Assembly: GCF_009914755.1 (NCBI RefSeq)
Contig: NC_060926.1
Reading direction: 5' to 3' (one strand)
Source of the DNA: the human T2T-CHM13v2.0 reference genome, Homo sapiens
Length of the DNA: 64,000 nt
Position numbers and translations under genes: made by a program. A model generated the notes under the pieces. The model was not told the origin of the DNA and ran no database searches. It was given only the letters and a program-made list of their open reading frames with translations. Positions 1 to 12,388 of the stretch are shown here, piece after piece (position 1 is the stretch's first letter; each line of letters opens with the position of its first letter).

Positions 1-329
1 TTCTAACATAAACTTCGATTACTTTTATAATAATAAAAAAGGAATGTTATTTTTAAAGTATACATTGGTCCAGCATTCAGCCAGACCTATGTACCATTTG
101 CTTCATCCATCACACTGAAGACATCTCTTCAGGGGCCAGGAAAACTGCCAATATAGAAGGTAAGTTCCCTTCCCTGGGGACCTCACAGCTTACAAAAGAG
201 AGAAGATACACAGATAAAATGAACTGAGATACATTTAATACCAGACAGAATTTTCAGAATAAATAAACTTAGAACAAGGGAAGGACCAAGGATTTGGGGG
301 CTTCTTTGTCATTGCATCACCTCTAGCTT

Positions 330-610
330 ACATTCATTAATTTTACAACATGATCTGAGAGTCAACCACCTGCCAGGCACTGGTGTAGACTGTAGGAGTG
401 CAATGGTGAATAAGATGCCCTTCCTTCCCTCAGCAAAGTCACAGGATAGTAGCAGACGCAGACACATAAAAAGATAATTAAAAGTTACTTAGGTTTTGTA
501 GTGCTCTTTCATAACAATATTCATTCATTCAACAAAAATGTATCGAGCAGTTTTTCTGTATTCAGACACACAGAGAGGAATAAATAAGAATTGAACCGTG
601 TCCCCAATGA
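330..610 (-). mobile_element. L2 LINE 3'-end fragments (two)
   Basis: Reverse-complemented L2 tail motifs: cattcatt..., tgccaggcactg, tcattcattcaacaaaaatg. Confidence 0.6.
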
Positions 611-659
611 AGATTCTGTGAGAATTGCTATACAGTCTCCAGTGAGATTGGCAGAGTGG

Positions 660-770
660 ATATCATCAACCACATTCTACAGAAAACTGGAATTTGAGCT
701 AATGTGCCCAAAGTCACACAACTACTAGGGGCAAATTAGGACTAGAACCCAGGCCTCCTGATGCCTTTTC
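660..770 (-). mobile_element. MIR SINE fragment
   Basis: MIR core-like: cattctacagaaaactg...gcccaaagtcacacaact...agaacccaggcctcctga. Confidence 0.6.
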
Positions 771-1694
771 CTTTTTGGCCTTTCACTCTGCATTTTCGGT
801 TTTCACAGGAATGGAAATCTACTCTTATCATCATAGCAGATGTGAATCTTCTTTTATGAATGAATGAGAATAAAAAAATCAAGCACGCTAAGGAAACCAA
901 AAAAGGTTTATGTGCAGCTGTTCACTATTTCATTCATCCTCCCAGCCATTCCCCTCACAGACATTTCCTGATGCCACCTGGCTGAACTGCAATGTGCCCC
1001 GCCCATCCAGAGACGTTTGTGTTCCCACATCAGCAGCGTTTCCTGCCTTCAAAGATCATCAGCCACCAAAGTCTGAAAAACTAACATGATTTGTTTACAT
1101 GAAGGAAAGATGCTCAAAGGTCTGAGTCGAGACCCGCAGAATTAAGCTCACTACATTTTCAAGCTTGAACTGTGGTTTCCGTGCTGAAAGTTTCAAACTG
1201 TCCTGGCTGGGAGAGCAAATCTACACTACCGCCCACCTCAGGGAAGCCACCCTGTGGAGGTGGCTTTGGATTCGGGGTATGAGGCCTGCTGCTTCCTTCT
1301 AGAGGTGGGTTACAAGAGAAGGCTGGGATGGAAGTCCTGTGGCACTCTCTCCCATCTGTTCTGCAGCTGCCCTCACTAAGGTGGAAGGTGCTAGAAGTCC
1401 TTGCCCAAGTCACTCTGAGAGACAGGCTGTTTCCAGGAAGCACAAGTGCTTGCATTCTGGGCATGCAGGCAGGTTTACCTGTGCTGGACATCAAATTTAT
1501 TTCTGCTGTTTGCTTCCCATGTTTCAGATCTTCCAAGTCCATTTTTAAGTTGCAGGTAGTTGTGTGAGAAAAGTGTCAGGCTGAGCCCCAAAGCCAGAGT
1601 TTACAACCACTAACTCAGGTCCTCTGGGCCAAGTCCACCCTGTCTCCGAGCCACTTCCTCATGTGTACATGACCAAAAATTTTAGAAAACTAAC

Positions 1695-1910
1695 TTTTGT
1701 GAGTGCTAAGGAATGGGCCATGCACCCTACTTAGCACATCATGAGATCACCTCAACCCTCACATCCCATCAGGGGGATACTATTATTATCCTCATTTTCG
1801 AGTTCAGAAAACTGAAGGACAGAGAGAAACATGCCAAGGATTAAACAGGTAGTTAGATAAGAAAATAGGGTCACCACCCAGGACCCCTGGACTCCAGAAC
1901 CTGAGCTTGC
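1695..1910 (-). mobile_element. MIR SINE fragment
   Basis: tattattatcctcatttt...gaaaactgaagg...gactccagaacctgagct resembles the MIR consensus. Confidence 0.6.
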
Positions 1911-2196
1911 CTCTAAGCTGTCAGAGTGAAACTGTAATGTGATTGCAGCCGTCCTTGTCTTGTTCCTGATTTTATTAAGAATACTTCCTCTCTTTCTCTG
2001 CTAAGAAAGATGTTAGATATTGGTGATATATGAATCTTTTAAAACATTCTTTAAAGGGCCCTTCTAATTAATTTTAATGTTATTTGCTTTGACTTGGAAG
2101 GAACCTATTATTCCATGCTGTGAGTATTTTAATAATCACTTCAAATTTATCAAATAAAGCCAAAACAAGAATATCTAAAAGCCCCAGTGCCAGATC

Positions 2197-2350
2197 TGTA
2201 GTGCTCCCCAAATTCCCTTAATCAGCAAAATCACCTGGGGTGCTTATGAAAAAAACCACCCCACTTCTTTCTTGGGAATTCTGGTTCAGTAGCTTGGTGT
2301 AAGGCCCAAGAACCTGTATTTTAAATACAACTTCCAAGTGATTTCAAGGA
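2197..2350. mobile_element. MER5-like hAT-Charlie non-autonomous DNA transposon
   Basis: aatcacctggggtgctt...ttctggttcagtag...ggcccaagaacctgtattttaa...tccaagtgattt matches MER5 motifs. Confidence 0.6.
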
Positions 2351-3079
2351 GGAAGACATATGTGCCCAAGTCAAGAGAAGGAAAACTATGTTCCAGTGGT
2401 TTTATAAATTAAATTTTGAAGAATATTTGAAAATTTTTATAAACCAAATGAACTATAATTTTTATCTTTCTTGTCCTCATTTTTAAAGAGTTTTATCAGG
2501 AATAAGTGTTTAATGAATAGTTGTTTGCACCTATATTGATATAATAATAAGTACTAAATATGTACTAGATATTGTGCTGAGAACATTATATTTATTATCT
2601 CACTTTGTCTTCATAAGAATTCTATAAAATAGAAATGTTCACTATCAGTTATGCTAGATTCATAAAATAAATTGGGTATGTTTACTTATTTTTCCATATT
2701 CTGAAACCATTTATGCAGCATTATAATTAGTTTATATTTGCCAGTTAAAAAGAACTCACTAGCAAAACTAGACCTTCTTGAAAGGATGTCTTAACAAGTT
2801 TTAAAACTTATTTCCTTTGGAGTGGGGGGGCGTGGTACAGCCAAAACACCAACACTTCACCACCACATGGAAAATGTGTTTTCTATGAACATAAATAATT
2901 TAACATATTTTAAGATTGCCATTAAAAACCTTTAAGGTAACCTCTTATAAAATTAATCATGGCATACCTACTTTTCAAACACCTACAAAAGAAAATAACC
3001 AATAAATATTCCCATACAAATTATAAAATTTACCAAATAAAGCCAAAACAATAAGATCTAAAAAACCAATAAGAGAAAT

Positions 3080-3965
3080 CATTAAACAAATAAATTGAAG
3101 GGGATCAAATGTTATATTAGTCAACATAAATAGGTTAAACCCTCTTAGTAAAAAGAAACCGAAAATCATCTCAGATAAAGTTTAAAAATACAACAATGAT
3201 ATATTACCTATAAGTGAAACTTAAAGTAAATGACATAGAAACATTAAAAGCCAAAAGATTTACTTAGGACATATGAGTCCTAAGTAAAAAGATTTACGTA
3301 GGACATAAATGCAAATAAAATCAGAGCAGGAATAGGACTAAAACATTAAATGTTACCCATACTTCTCATATTGATCATTAAGAATTAATAATAGCGTAAG
3401 TCATAATAATTTCGTAAGTCATAATAATTTCATATTTAAATCATATTTTCAAAAGCTGTTTTAATTGTAAAAGAATACACAAATGAAAATAGAGTGAAAA
3501 AATCTAATAAGGTACTCACAATCTATGATAATCACAAGCAATGTTATAAAAGACTTGACCCATGTAATTAATAAGGTTCTAAGAGTTAAATGAGAAAGAC
3601 AGAAAGAGAGACTAACTTAGCATTCCACTGAGAATATATGCCTATGCAGTATTTCAAATTTTTATTTACTGTTAGGCAACAAATAAATTTTTAATAAATT
3701 CAAAATGCATAAATTCTATAGCCACATTATCTGACCACAGTAAAAATAAAAATAGAAATTACAATAGTATTCCCAAGTTGTTAGAGTTAGGAAGGAAAAC
3801 TAGAGGAAGTTAAAAAGAAAATGTCCCTGAAAGAACCTCAGGGCCAATGAAGACACTGATGTGATCATTGCAAAGGCAATGAAACTAGGGGGATTAATGT
3901 TGAAATGTAAAGGACAAAGCCAACGTATTATTCAAAGGGAAATTCTTAGCCATAAATGTTGTTCT
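3080..3965 (+). mobile_element. Ancient L1M fragment (ORF2 endonuclease region, decayed)
   Basis: A-rich; remnants of L1 EN motifs (ataaataggttaaac, ttatctgaccacagtaaaaataaaaatagaaat, gggaaattcttagccataaatg). Confidence 0.55.
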
Positions 3966-4694
3966 AGTTGAGATATCAGTAAAACCAACTTTACTCACCA
4001 TATGGTATCTCTGTCTCTGCTGGATTTAACTCTTTGGCATCAAGACAAATTCTTCATAATATGCAGATCTTTGCTTGGTGCTACATGTTTCAGGAGTAAA
4101 CTCCAGATCTCACTAGTGCAACTTGGTGAACCAAGTTGGGGACCAATTCTACATTTTCACAGAAGAGCAATTGGAATCATGAGCACTGAATGTCCCTACA
4201 GCCTGATTTCACTTCCAGTACCCACTCCTCCAAGTCAATAGCCCACTCATGTCCCTCCATATAATTCACTACACACTGCTTTTTCTTAAACAGGATGCTC
4301 CATGTAGACTTTTTTCAGTCCAAATCCTATTAATAGATTTCAAAAATTCTTTGATGTCACAAAGTGTGATTGGCATAAATCTCTGGTTTCCAGAGCTGAT
4401 ACAGTTTTTTTTCTAAATGTATATATTTCATTAGCCAATTCAATAGAAATGGAGGGCTCAAATACCTTACCATCTTGTCTGGAGGAACTTATTTGCAGTA
4501 CTCTATAAAACTCAGAAGAAAAGGATTTTTAAGTAAAGTAAAACAGATTCTATGATGACTGCTTGCTGCAGACAGAGAAAAGGTGAAGGCTGAACCTAAG
4601 CATAGTCCCCAGGAAGGTAGGTGCCTCTGAGCAATATAGATGATTTAAGGAGGCTTTACAAAGTAATGATCAGAAACACATATTCTAAAATTAC

Positions 4695-4880
4695 ACAGAG
4701 CTTAGGCAAATTATTTTAAGGCTTAACATCCTCTTCTGCAAAATCAGAGAAGTATATATATCCAGGGTTTATTATAAAACTTAAATAAGAAAATGTATGC
4801 AAAGGACATAGCACGGGAGTGCCACATAAATTTTCAATAAATGTTAATTATGAATATTATTATTGTTATCATTACTATTG
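4695..4880 (+). mobile_element. MIR SINE fragment
   Basis: ttaggcaaattattt...cctcttctgcaaaat...tcaataaatgttaattat followed by a (TAT)n tail. Confidence 0.6.
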
Positions 4881-6427
4881 GTATTTTTGAGTGACACTAA
4901 AGCTGACATGAAGAAAGCTGCTTATGGTTAATGAAGACATTCCAGATCCAAATGTTTGATGCTAAACAGAACGTGGCTAATTCAAATTGATTTGCACATG
5001 ATAGACTTGGAAAAGCAATATCAGTTTTATATCATTGCAGCTTCATGAATGTTAAATTGAGCTGATGACACCCGTCTTGGGCCTCTTAGAATTAGGAGCC
5101 AGGTTTTATTCCCCTTTCCTATGCTTCCCCAGATTTAGAGTCCCAGCACTAGCCTGGTATCTCATTGGTGACCCTGTCATCTTCCTTTCCAAGGTTAAGT
5201 TTAGGAGACTGGTGAGGATAATCTAACACCCTGCTCCTTGGAGCCCTCCGTCACCATTATGTTTGCCTGTTGTGACTGTCAACATATTGTAAAGCTAAAT
5301 TTCCAGAGGCAGAAGAGCCATATCCATAAACAGCCACATCTCTGGGACTCGCCAGGCCTCTAGGTCCAAGATCCTATGCATTTCCTTTCCTTTCTATGAG
5401 AATATCACATTCTCCCTGTCCACCTCTAACTAATTCCATGAATTAGAAGTGCATTTGGAGAATCTCAATAGAGCCCTTTGGGAACACTGAAGAAAAACCG
5501 GGGCTTTAAAAAAGCAGGGATGGGACTGGCTGCTGAAAAATCATCAGAAAGAGCACTACGATATTAGAGATGACTGTGAGGAAAGTAGAGGCAACTACTG
5601 AGGCGGAGAAGCAGGCTCTGCACTCCACCCTGGCCAGAGGCTGAGCAGATGCCCTTGAACAGGGACTCTGAGAAACAGCTAAAATCAATCAGATGCACCC
5701 AAGTTGGGAAAGCGCGGTAGTTTGAAAAGCAGCTGAAGTGTCGAATAACTGAGCTCTCCAAAACAAATTATCCCACTTCAGTTCCATTGGCCAGCAGTTT
5801 ATAAATAATACTGTATACAAATTTTAATGAAGTAGATACAGTTGCTTTCCTTTTCATTTCTCCTTCACTGGAACAGCTGAAAGAATCCCAGCAAAACATC
5901 CTTGCCCAGCAACTGTGCTAGAAATTAATATTGGACATTGAAAGAGCGTCATAACTTCAGTGGGGACACTGATTTGAAAAGTGTGGTGAGGATGGCTAAG
6001 AGATATGTAATAGCCTAAAGATCAGGTGGTCATGTATCCATTCATCCAGGAACATCTGCTGAGTGACTACTGTATGTCAGACACTGGGGGCAAGGAGGGG
6101 AGAAGACCTAAGGGAGGAACTCTCAGATGGATTCTAGGAGGGGAGGCTGAGATTGACACAGAACAAACAGCAGTGCTGGGTAAATGAGAGAGGAACTAGC
6201 AGTGCTTTGGGGGAACATGTAAGGAGCTGGGCTTTGAAAAACAAACAAGGCTTAGATTTAGGAGAGAGAAGGAAAGGCTAATAATGATGGAGCATCCAGG
6301 CTTAGGAGAGCCCTGGGAGTGGGAAACAATAAAGGGTTAATGTACCAATTTGTGGGTAAGTTGGGACCAAAACCTAGGTTTCCTAAATTGCACTCAGTCT
6401 CATTTCACCATTCCAGATGCTGCTGGT

Positions 6428-6612
6428 TGATGATTTTCAAACTTGACTACCCATTAGAATTACCTGAAGAATTTTAAAAGCATACTGGTGTCTTGGTCCC
6501 ATCCCCAGAGACTCAACTGAGTTGGGTTGGGATGTGGCCCTGAGCATCAGGATATCTACCAGCTACCAACGAACTCCTTATTTCAGCCAAAGATGAGACT
6601 GTCTGCTCTAAG
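6428..6612. mobile_element. MER5A-like DNA transposon
   Basis: ttttcaaacttgactacccattagaattacctgaagaattttaaaa...catccccagagactc...ggccctgagcatcag. Confidence 0.6.
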
Positions 6613-6729
6613 TGACCCTTGCTGTTCCAGGTACCAACAGAAAACAAGTCCTGAACAAGTTCAACATGTGACAAGTGTTTCTAGGAAACGGAAAGACAGT
6701 GCAGAGCTGTCTCCCACACTGGAGAGGCT

Positions 6730-6890
6730 GGTGGTTCAGAGTATGCACTCAGCCTATCTTGGTTTCACTCTCATTCCCTGAGATCTTATTCCCACTACTT
6801 AGTGACTTGAGCAAGTACATAACCTCTCTAAGCTTCAGCTTCCTCATAGTAATTATCGGATTGCTACGGATAACCACATGGAAAGATCTT
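6730..6890 (+). mobile_element. MIR SINE fragment
   Basis: gtgacttgagcaagtacataacctctctaagcttcagcttcctcat core. Confidence 0.6.
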
Positions 6891-7054
6891 TGACAGTGGA
6901 TTTTAACCTCTTTTGGGTCACATATCTCTCTGATAATATAAAAGCTTTGGATCCTCTCCTCAGAAGAATGCACATGCCCATATATAAACTTGAACCTGGT
7001 TTCTGCAAAAACTGTCTGTGGATCAGGGTTAGGAATGCTTCCTTCAAAAGAGTC

Positions 7055-7994
7055 TGATATAGTTTTGCTGTATCCCCACCCAAATCTCATCTTGAATTTA
7101 ACTCCCACAGTTCCCACAGGTCATGGGAGGGACCCAGTGGGAGATGATTGAATCATGGGGATGGGTTTTTCCTATCCTGTTCTTGTGATAGTGAATAAGT
7201 CTCATGAGATCTGATGGTTTTATAAAGAAGAGTTCCCCCGCATAAGCTCTCTATCTTTGCCTTCCACCAACCATGTAAGATGTGACTTGCTCCTCCTTGC
7301 CTCCCACCATGATTGTGAGGCCTCCCCAGCCATGTGGAACTGTGAGTCCATTAAACCTCTTTCCTTTATAAATTACCCAGTCTTGGGTATGTCTTCTTTT
7401 TTTTTTTCAAGACAATGACTCTGTTTTGTTTTTACATTTACTTTTAAGATTTTCTCACATATATTTCTTAACAAGAACATAAACATTGTTTCAATTTTTT
7501 AATATTTTCCTTACATACAAAATATTGTGTTTAATTATTCTTAGAATACTATGCAGCCATAAAAATGATGAGTTCCTGTCCTTTGCAGGGACATGGATGA
7601 AGCTGGAAACCATCATTCTCAGCAAACTAACACAGGAACAAAAAACCAAACACCACATGTTCTCACTCATAAGTGGGAATTGAACAATGAGAACACATGG
7701 ACACAGGGAAGGAAACATCACACACTGGGGCCTGTCAGGGGGTGGGGGGCTATGGAAGGGAGAGCATTAGAAGAAATATCTAATGTAGATGACGGGTTGA
7801 TGGGTGCAGCAAACCACCATGGCACGTGTATACCTATGTAACAAATCTGAACATTCTGCACATGTATCCCAGAACTTAAAGTATAATAATGTTAAAAAAA
7901 AGAAATATTGACTTGGCCTTAGGAAATTTTTAGTTTAAAAAATTCGGGTTAATCGGGTATGTCTTTATTAGCAGCATGAGAACAGACTAATACA
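7055..7994 (+). mobile_element. THE1 (MaLR) solo LTR, THE1B/C-like, split by an insertion at 7396-7952
   Basis: Starts tgatatagttttgctgtatccccacccaaatctcatcttgaat; contains ccatgattgtgaggcctccccagccatgtggaactgtgagtccattaaacctc; resumes gggtatgtctttattagcagcatgagaacagactaataca. Confidence 0.92.
7544..7901 (+). mobile_element. L1PA7-like 3' end (5'-truncated) with poly(A)
   Basis: gaatactatgcagccataaaaa...aaactaacacaggaac...gtagatgacgggttgatgggtgcagcaaaccaccatggcacgtg...cccagaacttaaagtataataat plus A tract. Confidence 0.9.
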
Positions 7995-9167
7995 AGGTCT
8001 GACATGCTCACATTACCTTGGCTTCAGAAATGCTACTCTTGTTAACGCTTGATTCATACCCAAGCTCTCCTCAGCCTCTCCAACTCTCTTCAGATTTCCT
8101 TTGGATGCCACTTTAATTATGGGGTAATGGGGACAAAACTGGTTAGAAGCTCCTAGTTTCAAACAGGCAGTATAATATATACGTAAACAGAGCAAGGGGA
8201 AAGTGGAGACGAATGCATTGAAAAGAGAATGAGAACCAGATGCCTCCATTCGGGGAAGAGTGGAGGCAAAGACAGCTGCCCGAGGGGACTGCTCTGTGGG
8301 TTCACCTCTAATCAAGGCTCATGAGGAACAAAACTAGAGAGAGGCGAGACAGGGAATCGCAGCCTCGCAAAGCCTGGGAGTGGGAAGGTAGAGGTGAGGG
8401 AGAGCTGAGGTTAAAAAAAAGAAAAAGAAAGAAAAGAAAGGTAGGCAGTCTTTTCAGAAGCCTTAAAAGAAAGGAAAACCCCAGGGAATAGGCAGAACAT
8501 GTCCGCCAATAGGTATCACAGATTTCCTAGCAGAACATCAGGTACTGTGGGTCAACTAAGCAGGAAAGGATCCTCCCTGAGGAGTCATCTAATAAACCTG
8601 TTATGTGTCCATAAAGGCAGGGGCACTAATTCAAAAAGAGGTTTTATGAATTTTTCCGAGGTGATGGCAAGGTAACTATTTTTCCTCCTGGTACCCAGGG
8701 CTCCCCACTGAATCCCAGTCTGGGCTCACTTTCTTGGGGTCCTCAACTACTTCCCACTCTTGCTGTCCCCAAGCCCACCTCCCAAGCTCTTGCTCATACT
8801 ATTCACCCTACAGGTAAGCAGTCCTTTTTCCTTTTTTTTTTTTTCTCCTTTAAGTTGGCTTCCGAGTGTTCCTTAAAATTTAGTTTCACCACCTCTTGGG
8901 AAGTCTTTCCAGCCTCTTTACATGCACTTCTTGGCACACAACAGTTTCTCTGTCCTCTGAACTCTTACATTGACTTGACTTTAAGATGTCTTTCGTACTA
9001 TTCCTACACTGCTTTGTCTTGTAAATATAATAAAAGGGGGTCATCCACCACAACTGAGTTTTATAGGAGGAAAGTTATGTCGAACTGAAGTCTCTTTGGC
9101 TCTGTTGAACAGTGTTGGATACGTATATTGGGGAGGAGGCCATAAACCAAATTGAGCTACCCCACAT

Positions 9168-9345
9168 TAGTGTTTACAAAGGTGTGGGCTACAGACACCA
9201 GCGTAAGAATCACCTTAATCACTTACCAAAAATACTGATCTGTCTTCGTATAAGGAAGCAGAAGTCCAGAAAGCAGAGAATAGGCCATGAATTTATTTTT
9301 TTAAATGTTCATGGGAGTTCATAGAAAAGTGGGAGAAGTATTTGG
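9168..9345. mobile_element. MER5-like DNA transposon fragment
   Basis: agtgtttacaaaggtgtgggctacagacaccagcgtaagaatcacct...atttattttttaaa. Confidence 0.45.
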
Positions 9346-9775
9346 GCTTCCACAAGCTAGACTTCCCAAAATGGGAGTGGGGGTTTATATCAAGTCTAGA
9401 TCTCAAGGAGCACAAATGTCCCAACTGACCTCTAGATGCACACTGCATTTCCCTCACTGGAAGGGAAGCCTATAGGAGTCTATAATTTTATAAACCACAC
9501 AACGAGCCCAGAGCTTTATGCCCTACTCTTAGAGCATGCCAGACATAAACGTGAAAGTCAAAGCCATGGCAATTGACAAACTGCTCAAGGAAAGCATAAA
9601 ATAATAGAGAATTTGGTTTAAACACATGTCATGCAGAATATCAAGCTCTTGGAAAAGAAAAGAAATAAAACTATTCCGAAGCTATTGACTCAGTCTTGGA
9701 AATTAATATCACAGCATTAAAAAGTTATCCATTGAATATCAACCTTAAAATTTGTCCCTTGAATATCGGCTTATG

Positions 9776-9843
9776 TATGTGTGCACATATGTATACTATA
9801 TATGCATATATGCACACACATGCGCACACACACACACACACAA
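9776..9843. repeat. Mixed (TA)/(CA)n microsatellite
   Basis: Direct inspection. Confidence 0.85.
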
Positions 9844-11316
9844 TAAGCTCTGGGGAGTTGATATATAAATAAAAGTGACCTACTAGAGTATCTCAAAAAT
9901 TATTTCCTATAAATTTATACATTCCCCTCTTTTTGTAAGCAGTATAATTTGGAAATACCTACCCATCCTTAAACTTAGAGGTTAAGAATTTACTATAGAA
10001 TACTTAGACTTTACCAAATGTCTCAAACTGCCATCTAATATACGTATGTTCTCAGATCACAACAAACTCCAGTCTGATGTTATAAGTTCTGGGCTACATT
10101 CTAGATGTAGCAGAAGGTCAGCCCTGGCCAATTCCAGCATTTCTTGATCAGGATCCATCTTTTGATCAAGGGCCATTGAGGGTTGACATGTTGGAGAGCT
10201 GAGCTTTCCACTGGTCAGTGCTGGGCAGTGATGGTTTCAAACTCCACGTACTACTCTAGCTGTTCAGTGCGTAGTGCAGGAGGGTTCCTGGCATGACCAG
10301 ATGAGCAAAGTTCAAAGTAAAAAAAACCCTTGAAGTTCCATCATACCCTCTATATCACCTACAATCTGAACGGATATAGCTAAACCAGTGGCTGAAGTCT
10401 CTGGCGCTATTTGCGTATCAGCCACATCTTCATCTGTTGTGTCACAGATTGGTTTGGCTGTCATATTTGAACTCCAGTCTTTTTAATTTAGAAAAAAATG
10501 CAAGACGACTGAATTTTGTCATTACAGTTCTTAAAACTACCTAAAGGAAATGAAATCGACACAAAAGAGGTAGTCACAGTTCCTTAAACCTTGCTTCAAA
10601 GTAATATCCACTTATTTACATACAATTCAACATTCTCAGTTTATCTTTATTGTCAGTCAAACGCCTATTCTAAACAGAGCTTTTGAGTCATTGAGTAAAC
10701 AGGATTCTGTAGCTGGAAAGTTCACTCTACAGCTCTTCCAAGAGAGGACTTCTTACCACTTAGAGCTTCTTTTGAGGCAACAGCCAGTCTGTCTCCAAGC
10801 TCTTCACTGAGGAACTGGAGTATCCACTCCAGAGTCCCTGTGATTCTCTCCTGGGAGACCTTACAGTGACCCAATTTGTGGCTCTCTGGCCAGGATAGCC
10901 TTTTCATGAGTATTCAGTCATCTGTTACTGCGGTGCTGCTCATTTGTTCCACTGGATATCCCTTGCTCTGAGACATTCCAAGCATGCCAGCTCCCAGTTG
11001 CAGAAGTTACAGGGATAACAAAACAATAACAAAAACAATTACACAAGGTGTTAAGTGCTACAACAGATGAACATATGACATACTATAGTTTTCATTTTGC
11101 CTGAGCAAAAATGGTAAAGTCAGGCTGGGTGTTAAAGGATGGATAATGAGGGGCCATTTAAAGCTGAACAGGCTGCATTGCAAAGGATTAGAGGCACAGC
11201 AGAGCAGAAACCCAGGGAGGAAGACGAGCCACGGTGCAAACAGCCATTGGGGGTCAATGTCATAGGCCACTTCCTCCCTTATGCTGGATGACGGACATTT
11301 ATTTTACCTGGAATGA

Positions 11317-11651
<335 letters not shown>

Positions 11652-11699
11652 TAAACTTTTGTTAAACAAGTAAAATATTGCCAAATGCGGCACCAAACT

Positions 11700-11870
11700 T
11701 TTCAAAACAATAAGTCTGAGAGGCAAGAATCACGATCCTCATGTCACTGATGAGGAAACTGAGACGTGAAGAGGTTAAATAACTCCCACAGGGGAAATCG
11801 TAGATGGTAACGAATCCAGATGGAAGCCATCTCAGCCCTGGTGCTGTGTTCTTTCCATTGTGCCACACTG
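11700..11870 (-). mobile_element. MIR SINE
   Basis: ctgatgaggaaactgagacgtgaagaggttaaataactccc core. Confidence 0.7.
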
Positions 11871-12256
11871 CTCTCCTGGCTTCTCCGAGCAGGTTGCCAG
11901 TAACCACCCCATCTGTATGCTAGAAAACAAGGCTGAGGAATTCAAGAGAGGGATCAGGCTTGGAGGCACTTCTTTGGTATCCCCTGAAGGAGCAAGCATC
12001 CATAGAAGACTCCACTGTTGTTATAATCTCACAGCAGTGTCTTAGGACTTCAAGGTGTCAGGGCCAACCAGAAGCCAGCTCTAAACAGGTTCAACGGCAG
12101 CCCTGGAAAGTGGTGGGAAGATTCCTACCACCTCTCTAAGGTGGATGGAGATAAAGCCAGGGAAGAGATTCAGCTAGGGAGACCAGCTGTTCTGGTTTGC
12201 CCCACAACACTGAAGAGTTTCCCAGGGAAGCAGGACAGTCAAAGGAGCAGCTTCTT

Positions 12257-12388
12257 CTTCTTCTTTTTTTTTTTTTTTTTTTTTTTGAGACAGTCTCACT
12301 TTGTTGCCCCGGCTTGAATACAGTGGTGCAATCTCAGCTCACTGCAACCTCTGCCTCTGGAGTTCAAGCGATTCTCCTGCCTCAGCCT
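12257..12388 (-). mobile_element. 5'-truncated Alu (part of right arm) with TSD
   Basis: Poly(T) plus gagacagtctcact...ctcctgcctcagcct; 13-bp TSD ggagcagcttctt at 12244-12256 and 12392-12404. Confidence 0.9.

Noticed and set aside
1431-1439. Isolated STAT-like TTCCNGGAA sites (also about 32457 and 49223)
   Set aside because: A few matches are expected by chance in 64 kb.
1159-1567. Overlapping ORFs of 69-127 aa in unique sequence
   Set aside because: No recognisable domain or exon structure, and the lengths are expected by chance.
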